Assembly: GCA_965222715.1 (NCBI GenBank)
Contig: OZ244961.1
Location: 268,609 to 332,608 of the forward strand
Source: Minisyncoccota bacterium
Lineage (GTDB): Bacteria; Patescibacteriota; Minisyncoccia; Phycocordibacterales; JABMNX01
DNA: 64,000 nucleotides
Reading direction: 5' to 3'
This document shows, piece after piece, positions 28,920 through 38,096 of this stretch; position 1 is the first letter of the stretch; every line of letters begins with the position of its first letter. Under the pieces are notes generated by a model, which was not told the origin of the DNA, did not search any database, and worked only from the letters and a program-made list of their open reading frames with translations. Made by a program: the position numbers and the translations under genes.

Positions 28920-30011
28920 ATGCACTCTATTGATAGAACACTACTTTTTACAACCATTGCACTTGTTGTTGTTGGTTTTTTTATTTTTGCATCAGCCTCT
29001 TTTGGTCTCTTAGCTCGGGAAGGTGCTCGTTTTTCTTCAGTTGCCTTTAGTCAGATTTTCCTGGGCATTGGTTTGGGCACTATTTTTTTGATACTTACCT
29101 CAAAAATTCGGTATCGCATATGGAAGCCATACGCACTCCATATATTTATTTTTTCTCTCCTTGTCACACTACTCGTGTTTGTCCCACAACTAGGATTTGA
29201 ATCAAACGGCGCTCGTCGCTGGATACATGTATTTGGTTTCTCAGTTCAGCCAGCAGAATTCCTTAAACTTGGTTTTGTTATATATCTCGCAGCATATCTT
29301 TCAACAGCACGGCAACGTATCACTGATTTTAAGCACGGCCTTATTCCGTTTACACTTATACTTGGTGCCGCAACAGGAGTGCTCTTATTACAACCAGATA
29401 CTGGTACCGCACTGGTGCTTATAGCTTCCGGTGTAGGTATGTATATAGTTGCGGGTGGCAAAGCTCGAGATATTCTTATACTCACCATACTGGGCGCTAT
29501 AGTGCTTTCAGGACTTGTTATACAAAGACCATATCTTCAAGACCGTCTCAAAACATATATAAATCCAGGAATCGATGTACAGGAATCAGGGTACCAGCTT
29601 AACCAATCACTCATTGCTATTGGTTCAGGCGAGCTTACTGGTCGTGGTTTTGGTCAAAGTGTACAAAAATTTAACTACCTTCCTGAGCCAATTAACGACT
29701 CCATTTTTGCAGTTGCAGCAGAAGAATTTGGTTTTATTGGTGCTGTGTTGCTGTTACTACTTTTTCTTACATTTGCATTTCGTGGACTAAAAGTAGCTGC
29801 GCGTTCCCCTGATTATTTTGGTGGACTGCTTGTTGTGGGAATTGTTATACTAATTGTGTCTCAGTCATTTATCAACATCGGCTCGATGCTTGGTGTGTTC
29901 CCACTGACTGGATTACCGTTACTATTCATTAGTCATGGCGGAACGGCAATGCTCTTCGTACTTGGTAGTGTTGGTATTGTGTTAAACATTTCTAAATACC
30001 AGAAGAAATAA
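28920..30011 (+). CDS. ftsW: SEDS peptidoglycan polymerase FtsW
   Basis: NGARRWI, QPAEFLK, LQPDTG, LPEPINDSIFA, LPLLFISHGG; lies between mraY and murG. Confidence 0.9.
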   Translation: MHSIDRTLLFTTIALVVVGFFIFASASFGLLAREGARFSSVAFSQIFLGIGLGTIFLILTSKIRYRIWKPYALHIFIFSLLVTLLVFVPQLGFESNGARRWIHVFGFSVQPAEFLKLGFVIYLAAYLSTARQRITDFKHGLIPFTLILGAATGVLLLQPDTGTALVLIASGVGMYIVAGGKARDILILTILGAIVLSGLVIQRPYLQDRLKTYINPGIDVQESGYQLNQSLIAIGSGELTGRGFGQSVQKFNYLPEPINDSIFAVAAEEFGFIGAVLLLLLFLTFAFRGLKVAARSPDYFGGLLVVGIVILIVSQSFINIGSMLGVFPLTGLPLLFISHGGTAMLFVLGSVGIVLNISKYQKK

Positions 30012-30030
30012 CGAATGAAATAGGTAGTAT

Positions 30031-31164
30031 ATGATAAAGATAGTTTTTACAGGCGGCGGCAGTGGAGGGCATTTTTACCCTATAATTGCAGTTGCTCAAC
30101 AGATTGACCGTGTTGTTGAAGAAAAGAAACTTCTTCGGCCTAAAATGTACTATTTTGGGCCTAAACCCTTTGATGAGCGCGCACTACTTGAACTCGATAT
30201 TGAACATCGCTACAGTAGCGCAGGCAAGCTACGCAACTACCCATCCATTTGGAACTATATCGATATGATAAAGACTCTCTGGGGAGGGTTTTTAGCACTT
30301 ATGCAGCTCTTTATTATTTACCCAGATGTTGTCTTCAGTAAAGGTGGGTATGCTGCTTTTCCAACCGTACTTGCTGCGCGCATATTACGCATACCAGTAG
30401 TGGTACATGAGTCTGATGCAGTAATGGGACGCACAAACGCATGGACAGCAAAATTTGCATACAGTGTCGCTATTTCATACCCTTCTGTTGCAGAAGAAAT
30501 TGAGCATGATCGAGTTGCTCATACTGGACACCCGACTCGAGAGGAATTGTTTCGTCCAGTGAAAGAAGGTGTGTTTGAGTACCTTAACTTACGAGAAGAC
30601 ATTCCTGTTATTTTAGTGCTTGGCGGCTCTCAAGGTGCGCAGGTAATAAACAATACCCTTGTTGATGCGCTTGCAGAACTACTTCCTCACTATCAAATTA
30701 TCCATCAAGCAGGCGAGAAGCATGTTGACGAAGTAAAAGCTCGAACATCAGTCCTTCTACAAGACCTTCCTGATAAAAACAACTACCGGGTATTTGGTCT
30801 TCTCAATCCTCTTGCTCTTCGTATGTCTTATGGAGCAGCTGATTTAGTTATTTCACGAGCTGGCTCTGGTGGTATCTTTGAAACCGCCGCTATGGGGAAG
30901 CCGAGTATTATTATTCCTATTCCTAAAGATATATCGCGAGACCAAACAAAAAATGCATTTTCATACGCTCGATCAGGGGCTGCGATTGTAATTGAGCAAA
31001 ATAATCTTACACCACACCTTCTCTCAACAGAGATACAGCGACTCTTTAGTAACAAAGAAGAAATGCAGCGTATGGCCGAATCTGCAAAAAGTTTTGCTCG
31101 ACCTGACGCAGCAAAAACAATTGCAAACGAGTTGATTAGCATTGGTATTGAGCACGACTCATAG
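30031..31164 (+). CDS. murG: Lipid II N-acetylglucosaminyltransferase
   Basis: TGGGSGGHFYP, KGGY, HESDA, GGSQGA, SRAGS. Confidence 0.95.
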   Translation: MIKIVFTGGGSGGHFYPIIAVAQQIDRVVEEKKLLRPKMYYFGPKPFDERALLELDIEHRYSSAGKLRNYPSIWNYIDMIKTLWGGFLALMQLFIIYPDVVFSKGGYAAFPTVLAARILRIPVVVHESDAVMGRTNAWTAKFAYSVAISYPSVAEEIEHDRVAHTGHPTREELFRPVKEGVFEYLNLREDIPVILVLGGSQGAQVINNTLVDALAELLPHYQIIHQAGEKHVDEVKARTSVLLQDLPDKNNYRVFGLLNPLALRMSYGAADLVISRAGSGGIFETAAMGKPSIIIPIPKDISRDQTKNAFSYARSGAAIVIEQNNLTPHLLSTEIQRLFSNKEEMQRMAESAKSFARPDAAKTIANELISIGIEHDS

Positions 31165-31166
31165 GT

Positions 31167-32582
31167 ATGGGAATTATTTCTACACTCAAAAGAATATTCA
31201 CTCGAGGTGTTAGTGGGAGAAAGGTGGTTACTCGCATTGCACCAAGCCCAACAGGGAAATTTCATTTTGGTACTGCCCGTTCAGCACTGTTTAATTTTTT
31301 AATTGCAAAAAAATACGGAGGCACATTTATCGTTCGTATTGAAGACACTGATAAAGAGCGAAGCACTAAAGAGAATGAGAAAGATATTCTTAGTGGTCTT
31401 GAGTGGCTGGGTATTACTGGTGACGCAACCTATAGGCAGTCAGAACGTGGTGACATATACACAACATATCTGAAGCGACTTGTTGACGAGGGAAGCGCAT
31501 ATATTTCTAAAGAAAAAAAGAAAGATAGGGAAGGTAACGAGTCTGACGAAATGGTAGAAGTTGTTCGCCTTAAAAATCCTGGTACAGATGTTACTTTTAC
31601 CGATCGTATACGTGGAGATATTACCTTTAATACTGAAGAATTAGGGGATTTTGTTATTGCGCGATCAGTTACTGAGCCACTCTACCACCTTGCAGTGGTA
31701 GTAGATGATTATGAAATGGGGGTTACGCACGTCATTCGCGGTGAAGACCATATCTCAAATACACCACGTCAAATACTTATTCAACGAGCGCTAAGCATAG
31801 CACAGCCTGAATATGCCCATATTCCACTCATTTTAGCCCCAGATCGCTCAAAAATGTCTAAACGTAAGGGTCATACTGGTCTAACTGAATATAGAGAAAA
31901 TGGATATCTTCCAGAAGCGCTTGTAAACTACCTAGCTTTTTTGGGTTGGAATCCAGGGACAGACAAGGAGGTATATACACTTAAAGAATTAATACACGAT
32001 TTCTCACTTAATGAAGTGCAGAAGGGTGGAGCAGTGTTTGATATCCAAAAATTAAATTGGTTTAACCGAGAGCACTTACGTATGCTTCCAAAAGAGAAGC
32101 TGCTCACACTTGTTACAGAAGCACTTCCTGAAAGAGTTACCACACTACCGCAATACTCATTAGAACGCCTCACACATGCGCTTGGTGTCATTACCGAACG
32201 CATAAGCACACTTCATGAACTCACTGATATATCTGAGAAAGGTGAATTTGATTATCTCTTTACGCACCCAACTCTTGAGACAGAGCTGACGTGGAAAAAA
32301 GATGAGCCGGCAACTACTCTAAACCATCTTGCTAAAGTTATTGAACTACTGACACCACTCTCTGAACATGAATTTACTCAAGGTGTTGTTAAAGAAATAG
32401 TATGGGAGTATGCATCAGAAAAGGGGAGAGGGTCAGTGTTGTGGCCGATGCGTGTTGCACTTTCAGGTAAGGAGAAATCACCTGATCCATTTGAAATTGC
32501 AGAAATTATTGGAAAGGAAGATACACTACATCGACTTTCTGCTGCTCACGCATCATTAGAGAAACATGGAACAAGTAAGTAA
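31167..32582 (+). CDS. gltX: Glutamate--tRNA ligase
   Basis: RIAPSPTG..HFG, RIEDTD, HVIRGEDH, KMSKR. Confidence 0.95.
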   Translation: MGIISTLKRIFTRGVSGRKVVTRIAPSPTGKFHFGTARSALFNFLIAKKYGGTFIVRIEDTDKERSTKENEKDILSGLEWLGITGDATYRQSERGDIYTTYLKRLVDEGSAYISKEKKKDREGNESDEMVEVVRLKNPGTDVTFTDRIRGDITFNTEELGDFVIARSVTEPLYHLAVVVDDYEMGVTHVIRGEDHISNTPRQILIQRALSIAQPEYAHIPLILAPDRSKMSKRKGHTGLTEYRENGYLPEALVNYLAFLGWNPGTDKEVYTLKELIHDFSLNEVQKGGAVFDIQKLNWFNREHLRMLPKEKLLTLVTEALPERVTTLPQYSLERLTHALGVITERISTLHELTDISEKGEFDYLFTHPTLETELTWKKDEPATTLNHLAKVIELLTPLSEHEFTQGVVKEIVWEYASEKGRGSVLWPMRVALSGKEKSPDPFEIAEIIGKEDTLHRLSAAHASLEKHGTSK

Positions 32583-33933
32583 CAACTCACGTAATCACAA
32601 AAGAGTGCTCTGGGGAGTGTTTTGTACACTTGCTGTTTTCATACTACTTGGATTTCAAGTACACACTGTGTTTGGACAAAATATTGAAGAGTTAAAAAAA
32701 CAAATCAGTGACTACAATGCTCAGATAGCTGAACTTGAAAGAGAGATTGCTGAGTATGAAGGAGAACTTAATGTTATTGGTAGCGAAAAACGAACATTGC
32801 AGAATGCAGTGAATGAGTTAGACCTCTCTCGTCGAAAATTGCAGACAAGTATTCAACTCACTCAGAATCGTATTTATTCAACCACTCTTCAAATTGAAGA
32901 ATTGGGTGATGAGATTGTAGATAAACGAGATCGAATAGCAAATGATACACAGGCAGTTGCATCAGCAATTCGTCGTATCAATGAGATAGAATCGCAATCA
33001 ATGATCGAAGTATTATTGGGGCATGACGACCTCGATGAATTTTGGAATCAGCTTGAGTCATTACAGCGCTTTCAGCTTGTTGTCCGGGATGAATTAAAAA
33101 AACTAGTTGAACTTAAAGCAGAGCTTGAGAATACAAAAGTCTCTTCAGAAAGGAAGAAATCACAACTTGAGAACTACAACACAGAGCTTGCTGGGCAAAA
33201 GATAGTACTTGAAGAAAATCTTGATGAGCAGAAATATCTCTTAGGGGAAACCCGTGAACGTGAGTTTGAATACCAAAAACTACTTAATGAACGTATTGCT
33301 GCTCGTGAGCAATTTGAAAATGAGTTGCTTGAATTAGAGTCTGAGTTACGTATTGCAATTGATCCAAACAGTATTCCCCCAATTGGTTCGGGTATCTTAC
33401 GATGGCCGTTCTCGGACGAATACATGCAGCGATGTCCATCCTATGAAAGACACCTTGGTAATATTCATTGTCTGACACAGTACTTTGGTAACACGCCATT
33501 TGCTACTCAAAATCCGCAAGTATATAACGGCGGGGGACACAACGGTATTGATTTTCGTGCATCTGTAGGAACAAAGATACAGGCAGCACTTGGCGGTACT
33601 GTTGTTGAAACAGGGAACACGGACCTACAAAGAGGATGTTACTCGTATGGGAAATGGGTGCTTGTGCGGCATAACAATGGACTCTCGACACTATACGCCC
33701 ACCTATCACATATCTCAGTAAGTGCTGGGCAAAATGTTGCTACTGGCGAAGTGGTTGGTTTTAGTGGAAATACTGGATATTCAACTGGTCCACACCTTCA
33801 TTTTACTGTCTTTGCGACGCAAGGAGTTGAGGTAGTGCGCCTTGGTGATGTAAAGAAAATTACCAATTGTGGTAATGTTCGTATTCCTGTTGCGCCTCTT
33901 GATGCGTACCTTAATCCACTTTCATACCTTTAA
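32566..33933 (+). CDS. Coiled-coil M23 peptidase (EnvC/MepM-like murein hydrolase)
   Basis: Signal anchor, long coiled coil, HNGIDF (HxxxD), YAHL, STGPHLHF (HxH). Confidence 0.9.
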   Translation: MEQVSNNSRNHKRVLWGVFCTLAVFILLGFQVHTVFGQNIEELKKQISDYNAQIAELEREIAEYEGELNVIGSEKRTLQNAVNELDLSRRKLQTSIQLTQNRIYSTTLQIEELGDEIVDKRDRIANDTQAVASAIRRINEIESQSMIEVLLGHDDLDEFWNQLESLQRFQLVVRDELKKLVELKAELENTKVSSERKKSQLENYNTELAGQKIVLEENLDEQKYLLGETREREFEYQKLLNERIAAREQFENELLELESELRIAIDPNSIPPIGSGILRWPFSDEYMQRCPSYERHLGNIHCLTQYFGNTPFATQNPQVYNGGGHNGIDFRASVGTKIQAALGGTVVETGNTDLQRGCYSYGKWVLVRHNNGLSTLYAHLSHISVSAGQNVATGEVVGFSGNTGYSTGPHLHFTVFATQGVEVVRLGDVKKITNCGNVRIPVAPLDAYLNPLSYL

Positions 33934-34016
33934 GAGCTGTTGATAAAAACCTAGCTTTTATCCTTTTTGCGTTATAATTATACAAAGGTCGATTTTCAAT
34001 CTAAGTAACAAAAAAC

Positions 34017-34415
34017 ATGCTAAAAAATCTTGCAATGGTATTCGGAGTCGTATTCCTTCTTATTGGTGTTCTTGGTTTCGTACCAGGAGTAACCAATGAC
34101 GGAATGCTTCTCGGAATCTTTGAAGTAGATGCTGTACACAATGTCATCCACCTCCTTACTGGTATTCTTGCAATTCTTGCAGGGATGAAAGGAATGGCAA
34201 AGCTATATTTCAAGGTGTTCGGTGTTGTCTATGCACTCGTAACAATTCTTGGATTCGTAGCGGGTGGAAATATTCTTGGTCTTATTCAAACAAATATGGC
34301 TGATGACATTCTTCACCTTGTAATTGCAGTTGTTGCACTCTACGCTGGTTTTGTGATGAAAGATGATTCTGACCACGGAATGCAGCAAAGTGCTGATATG
34401 CCTCAGCAGCAATAA
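34017..34415 (+). CDS. DUF4383-like four-TM membrane protein
   Basis: GVLGFVPG..LLGIFEV..HNVIHLLTG..ADDILHL pattern. Confidence 0.75.
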   Translation: MLKNLAMVFGVVFLLIGVLGFVPGVTNDGMLLGIFEVDAVHNVIHLLTGILAILAGMKGMAKLYFKVFGVVYALVTILGFVAGGNILGLIQTNMADDILHLVIAVVALYAGFVMKDDSDHGMQQSADMPQQQ

Positions 34416-34513
34416 GCTTTAATTTGAGAAGTTAACAAAAGACACCTCTTCTATGGGGTGTTTTTTGTATAAAAAGAAAAAGCCCTCGCGAAGAGAGCTT
34501 CTTGTGACAGGGG

Positions 34514-34747
34514 TTAGGGTTGTTTCTTCTGAAGAGTCTCATTGATTTTTTCCAGCTGTTTTGCAATCAGCATTAAACCAGTCCAGAGCAGCATACACGC
34601 ACTGGATGCTAGTATAATAATGCCCAGCAGAGCAACGTTCTCGTGGTTGGTGTAAAACGCTGCAAAAGTTCCAATGCTCAGAAGAAGAAGTCCTGAGACA
34701 GAGATTTTCCCAGTCTCTGAGATTTTTGAACGATCTTTGGAATCCAT
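34514..34747 (-). CDS. Small two-TM hypothetical protein
   Basis: ATG 34747 after AAGGA; consensus promoter TTGACA-17-TATAAT at 34849-34821; hairpin downstream. Confidence 0.6.
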   Translation of the reverse strand: MDSKDRSKISETGKISVSGLLLLSIGTFAAFYTNHENVALLGIIILASSACMLLWTGLMLIAKQLEKINETLQKKQP

Positions 34748-34820
34748 GTCCTTGTTCCTTCTAGGGTTTGGACTATTTTGATTTTCTATCAAAAAGAATT
34801 GGATTTTGTATCCACGAATA

Positions 34821-34849
34821 ATTATATTATAAATTAATTTATTTGTCAA
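34821..34849 (-). promoter_or_regulatory. Perfect sigma70 promoter
   Basis: Minus strand TTGACA-aataaattaatttataa(17)-TATAAT. Confidence 0.75.
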
Positions 34850-34894
34850 TACCTAAAAAGAACCCCGCCTCTAGGGCGGGGATGTTTCTTGTTG

Positions 34895-35170
34895 TTATTT
34901 AATGAGCGCGTCTGCAACCCTGATTTCTTTTTGTTCACCGATACCTGGATACGCATAGGAAACCTTCACCAAAGGTCCGTCTATGTGTAACTCCCAGAAC
35001 TTGAGAAATTCCCACAAACGGGGGAGTTCAGGAACTCGGTCGTACTCTTGCCAGATAAATTCCTGAACAAGGGAAGGGAAATCTGGCAACTGGTAAAGTA
35101 TCTCACTGGTAACCAGTCGTGTGGTAATGCCGCGTATTTCGAGCGGTGTACTACCTATTGTCCGAGGCAT
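34895..35170 (-). CDS. usg: Usg-family protein
   Basis: TSEILYQLPDFPSLVQEFIWQEYD..PELPRLWEFLKFWE..IDGPL matches the Usg pattern; SD GGAGG; hairpin 34861-34882 downstream. Confidence 0.75.
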   Translation of the reverse strand: MPRTIGSTPLEIRGITTRLVTSEILYQLPDFPSLVQEFIWQEYDRVPELPRLWEFLKFWELHIDGPLVKVSYAYPGIGEQKEIRVADALIK

Positions 35171-35303
35171 TTTTTCCTCCGTTACTGGCTGCTCTAATAC
35201 AAACTATATATAAAAAATCTTTACAGAGCAATTTTATGAAAAAGTGAAAAGAAAAAGCCCCCATGTTGTAGATTTGGGGACTCAGGTGCTGGTGAACAGT
35301 TTT

Positions 35304-35501
35304 TTAGGAACCCTTGATTTGTTTTCCAAACCATATGAAAGTTCCGCCAATGAGGTTCCGTAGTTGTTTGAAACCCCACTTATTGAGCCGTCCGGCCAGT
35401 TTTGGGCCACCCAGAATCACAGCAAAGCCGTTCGCCATAATCCAGGAAGCTAGAACGAGACCGGAAATCAACTCCATTGAGTTTAGTGTTGAAAGGTCCA
35501 T
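35304..35501 (-). CDS. Small membrane hypothetical protein
   Basis: SD GGAGGT, TTGACA promoter at 35556, hairpin downstream, hydrophobic N-terminal half. Confidence 0.6.
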   Translation of the reverse strand: MDLSTLNSMELISGLVLASWIMANGFAVILGGPKLAGRLNKWGFKQLRNLIGGTFIWFGKQIKGS

Positions 35502-35721
35502 GACTACACCTCCACTTTCTAAATATTATTTAATCATAAATTATATAAAATGTCAATACACTAAAAACTAAATTACTAAGCAGGCGAGGGGAGTACAATG
35601 CCGATTGTACGACGTGTGGGGGTATATCAATTGACCACCAAAGATTATTTTGCTACTGTTTAAATAATTAAATATGAAAAACATTAAGTCCTAAGCGAGG
35701 TTTCGACTATCCACACAGGGG

Positions 35722-35750
35722 TTGTTTTTCTATTACTTTTTATGTAAAAT
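35722..35750 (+). promoter_or_regulatory. Putative sigma70 promoter for the small RNA
   Basis: TTGTTT(35722-27)-17 nt-TAAAAT(35745-50); no ORF follows. Confidence 0.55.
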
Positions 35751-35755
35751 GAATG

Positions 35756-35828
35756 TATGGGCTTTGCCCCTGGGTCCGCGTAGCGGGCCGACAAGAACCC
35801 CCAGGATTTCCTGGGGATCTTGTTTTTA
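35756..35828 (+). ncRNA. Candidate DUF3800-associated structured small RNA
   Basis: GC-rich island in AT-rich DNA: GGGC-ttt-GCCC, GGTCCGC-gta-GCGGGCC, then ACAAGA..CCCCAGG-attt-CCTGGGG.TCTTGT plus T-tract; ends 3 nt from the DUF3800 stop. Confidence 0.65.
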
Positions 35829-35831
35829 TAT

Positions 35832-36653
35832 TTAATCTTCAAAGCAACTATACTTTACTCCACAAGATTTGAGTTTTTCCTTAGGAATCAATGCATCAAT
35901 AATTAATTTTTTATTTAAGAGAGTTTGGTAGGGCGGATAATTTGGATAGTAGCCACCACGAACCATTGGGTATAAATATAAATCAGCAATTTGTAGTAGT
36001 GGAGATTTCTTTTCTTGCCTTTTTGGCTCTCCTATGACAAATTCTTTAAATACTTTAGATTCTAATTTGTTATATTTTTTAGAATTATTTTCGTCAAAAG
36101 GCATGCCTTTCTTTTTTAGTTCTCTTGCATATTCAATTAGAGCAAGATCTTCTCTTTTACCAGATTTTTCAAACTTTACCTTTAATTTACATTTCTTACT
36201 TAAAACATAACGCGCGGATCTCTCTATTAGGATTGAATACGCTGTTTTACATAACCACCAACGTTTTTTGCCATACTTATCCTCATAACGTTTATTATAT
36301 CCAGGACGGTCAACCACGGCGGCAAAACCAATAACAGGTATATTGGTTAAAAAATCCTCTAAATCTTTTAAAAAAAGTTCATTTATTTCTTCATTAACAA
36401 GCCATGCAAAGTGATTCCTTTTACCACGTATTTCTGTAGAGTGTAGTGGATAGGTAATGCGCCACTTTTTACATAATTCTTTATATTTATTTATAACAAA
36501 ATCACGATCACTATCTTTTATCAAAATTCCTCCAAGGGCAAAATGATCTAGACCATCATCCCGAACAGGGGATTGCTGTTTATCAGGGAAGCGTAAACCT
36601 GAGTCGTCTATATACAAATGATATACATCATCGTCTAATATTTTTGTTGACAT
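35832..36653 (-). CDS. DUF3800-family protein (predicted RNase H-like fold)
   Basis: LYIDDSG, FALGGIL, LHSTEIR and LLQIADL motifs; markedly AT-rich. Confidence 0.8.
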   Translation of the reverse strand: MSTKILDDDVYHLYIDDSGLRFPDKQQSPVRDDGLDHFALGGILIKDSDRDFVINKYKELCKKWRITYPLHSTEIRGKRNHFAWLVNEEINELFLKDLEDFLTNIPVIGFAAVVDRPGYNKRYEDKYGKKRWWLCKTAYSILIERSARYVLSKKCKLKVKFEKSGKREDLALIEYARELKKKGMPFDENNSKKYNKLESKVFKEFVIGEPKRQEKKSPLLQIADLYLYPMVRGGYYPNYPPYQTLLNKKLIIDALIPKEKLKSCGVKYSCFED

Positions 36654-36769
36654 AGATAATTCTATATTTTTCTATCTTAACCTATAAATAAGCTAGTGTA
36701 TAAAAAATATAATGAAATAGGGGATAACTATCTTGTATATATTTATTAAATAGGAATATATTATTAATA

Positions 36770-37027
36770 ATGGTCTTCGGTCAATCAAAATGTCCCCATT
36801 GTAATAGTTTTCAATGGGAACTATCAACAGAATCGCCCCATGGCTCTAACTTTAAAATAAACTTTATTCGATGTGCCTCATGTAAGGCACCTGTGGGAGT
36901 TGTTAGCTATTATGATACACATTCTCAACTAAAAAGTATTGAGAGGCAGATTTCTAATATCAAAAGTTCACTCATGCATACATTAGTAACTATTGATGAG
37001 AATATCCGTCGTCTGTTCCATAAGTAA
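36770..37027 (+). CDS. Small zinc-ribbon protein with C-terminal coiled coil
   Basis: CPHC...CASC pairs, 85 aa, divergent from the DUF3800 gene. Confidence 0.6.
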   Translation: MVFGQSKCPHCNSFQWELSTESPHGSNFKINFIRCASCKAPVGVVSYYDTHSQLKSIERQISNIKSSLMHTLVTIDENIRRLFHK

Positions 37028-37236
37028 TTGGTGGTTTTTTATACTTATTTAGGTATTCTAAACCTTTTTTTGTTAATGACTTATCTTTTCCAAGCCACTT
37101 TTTACCCTTACCATTTTTACGCAAAAGATATATTGTGCGACGTATAGATACTCTGGAATATACACTATAAACCTCTTCTCCCCCCACAATAATGCTATAT
37201 ACTAAAGGTTGTAGTATTAACATTACTAATAAACAA

Positions 37237-37635
37237 AAAAGATATATGAAAATGTCTACAGCGTTACTTCCATGGGCTCCGCTTATTGCGCGAATTCTTG
37301 TTGGAGGTATGTTTTTAATGTCTGGTATCAATAAGTTAACTGACTTTGCTAATACCGTTCAATTTGCTCAATCAGTAGGCCTCCCTTCCCCTGAACTTGC
37401 TATTATAATTGCAATTGTGGCAGAGGTACTTGGAGGTCTTTCTGTACTTCTTGGATACCGAATTTTCTGGGGTGGATTAATATTAGTACTCTTTACTGTA
37501 GCTACATCAGTTATTTTCCACGCAGATTTTGGAGATCAAATACAAATGATTCTATTTACTAAAAATATGGGTATTGTTGCAGCACTCCTCTACATGATGC
37601 GATTTGGTTCAGGCAAACTTTCTATTGAAAAATAG
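37237..37635 (+). CDS. DoxX family membrane protein; exact start uncertain (37237/37246/37252)
   Basis: ARILVGGMFLMSGINK, EVLGGL, FTKNMGI..GSGKLSI. Confidence 0.85.
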   Translation, partial: KRYMKMSTALLPWAPLIARILVGGMFLMSGINKLTDFANTVQFAQSVGLPSPELAIIIAIVAEVLGGLSVLLGYRIFWGGLILVLFTVATSVIFHADFGDQIQMILFTKNMGIVAALLYMMRFGSGKLSIEK

Positions 37636-37651
37636 TACAAGTTTCTGATAA

Positions 37652-37683
37652 CAAAAAACCACCTCATAAAGGTGGTTTTTTGT
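37652..37683. terminator. Bidirectional terminator between convergent genes
   Basis: aaaaaaccacct-cataa-aggtggtttttt. Confidence 0.8.
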
Positions 37684-37688
37684 TATGG

Positions 37689-38096
37689 TTACCGTGCAAA
37701 CGCTAGCGTTGCAGGTTCCCAACATTTCTTAGAGTATTTCCAGGGCTCAAGTCCCATCTTCTCGTACAATGCCCGAGCGTACTCAAGGTTGCCCTCAAGT
37801 GTGTAGAGATTAATCTCTTTTTCGAGCGCTGTATCAAGGTGGTAATCCTCGTTAATCTGCATCACCCCAACATCACGACGGTTTTCCTTACCACGAAGGA
37901 CGTTTCCTTCTTTGTCGTAGTGTCTAAAGTGAGATTCACAACGAGCGACTTCAGCAAGTTCTGGAATATCTGAGAAGTAGATGCGTACGTATTGTTCTAC
38001 ATACACAGGTGTCCGCGTTACCTCCCCTACTTTCTTCTGTACTGAGACAGGATCAGCAGTAGCGGTTAACGCAAGAGCAAGTAAAGTAAATATCAT
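37689..38096 (-). CDS. Secreted lysozyme-like/lytic transglycosylase (SLT-type) protein
   Basis: Signal peptide, ARCES catalytic Glu, GVMQIN, N..YA..LY...G..PW...CW. Confidence 0.75.
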   Translation of the reverse strand: MIFTLLALALTATADPVSVQKKVGEVTRTPVYVEQYVRIYFSDIPELAEVARCESHFRHYDKEGNVLRGKENRRDVGVMQINEDYHLDTALEKEINLYTLEGNLEYARALYEKMGLEPWKYSKKCWEPATLAFAR

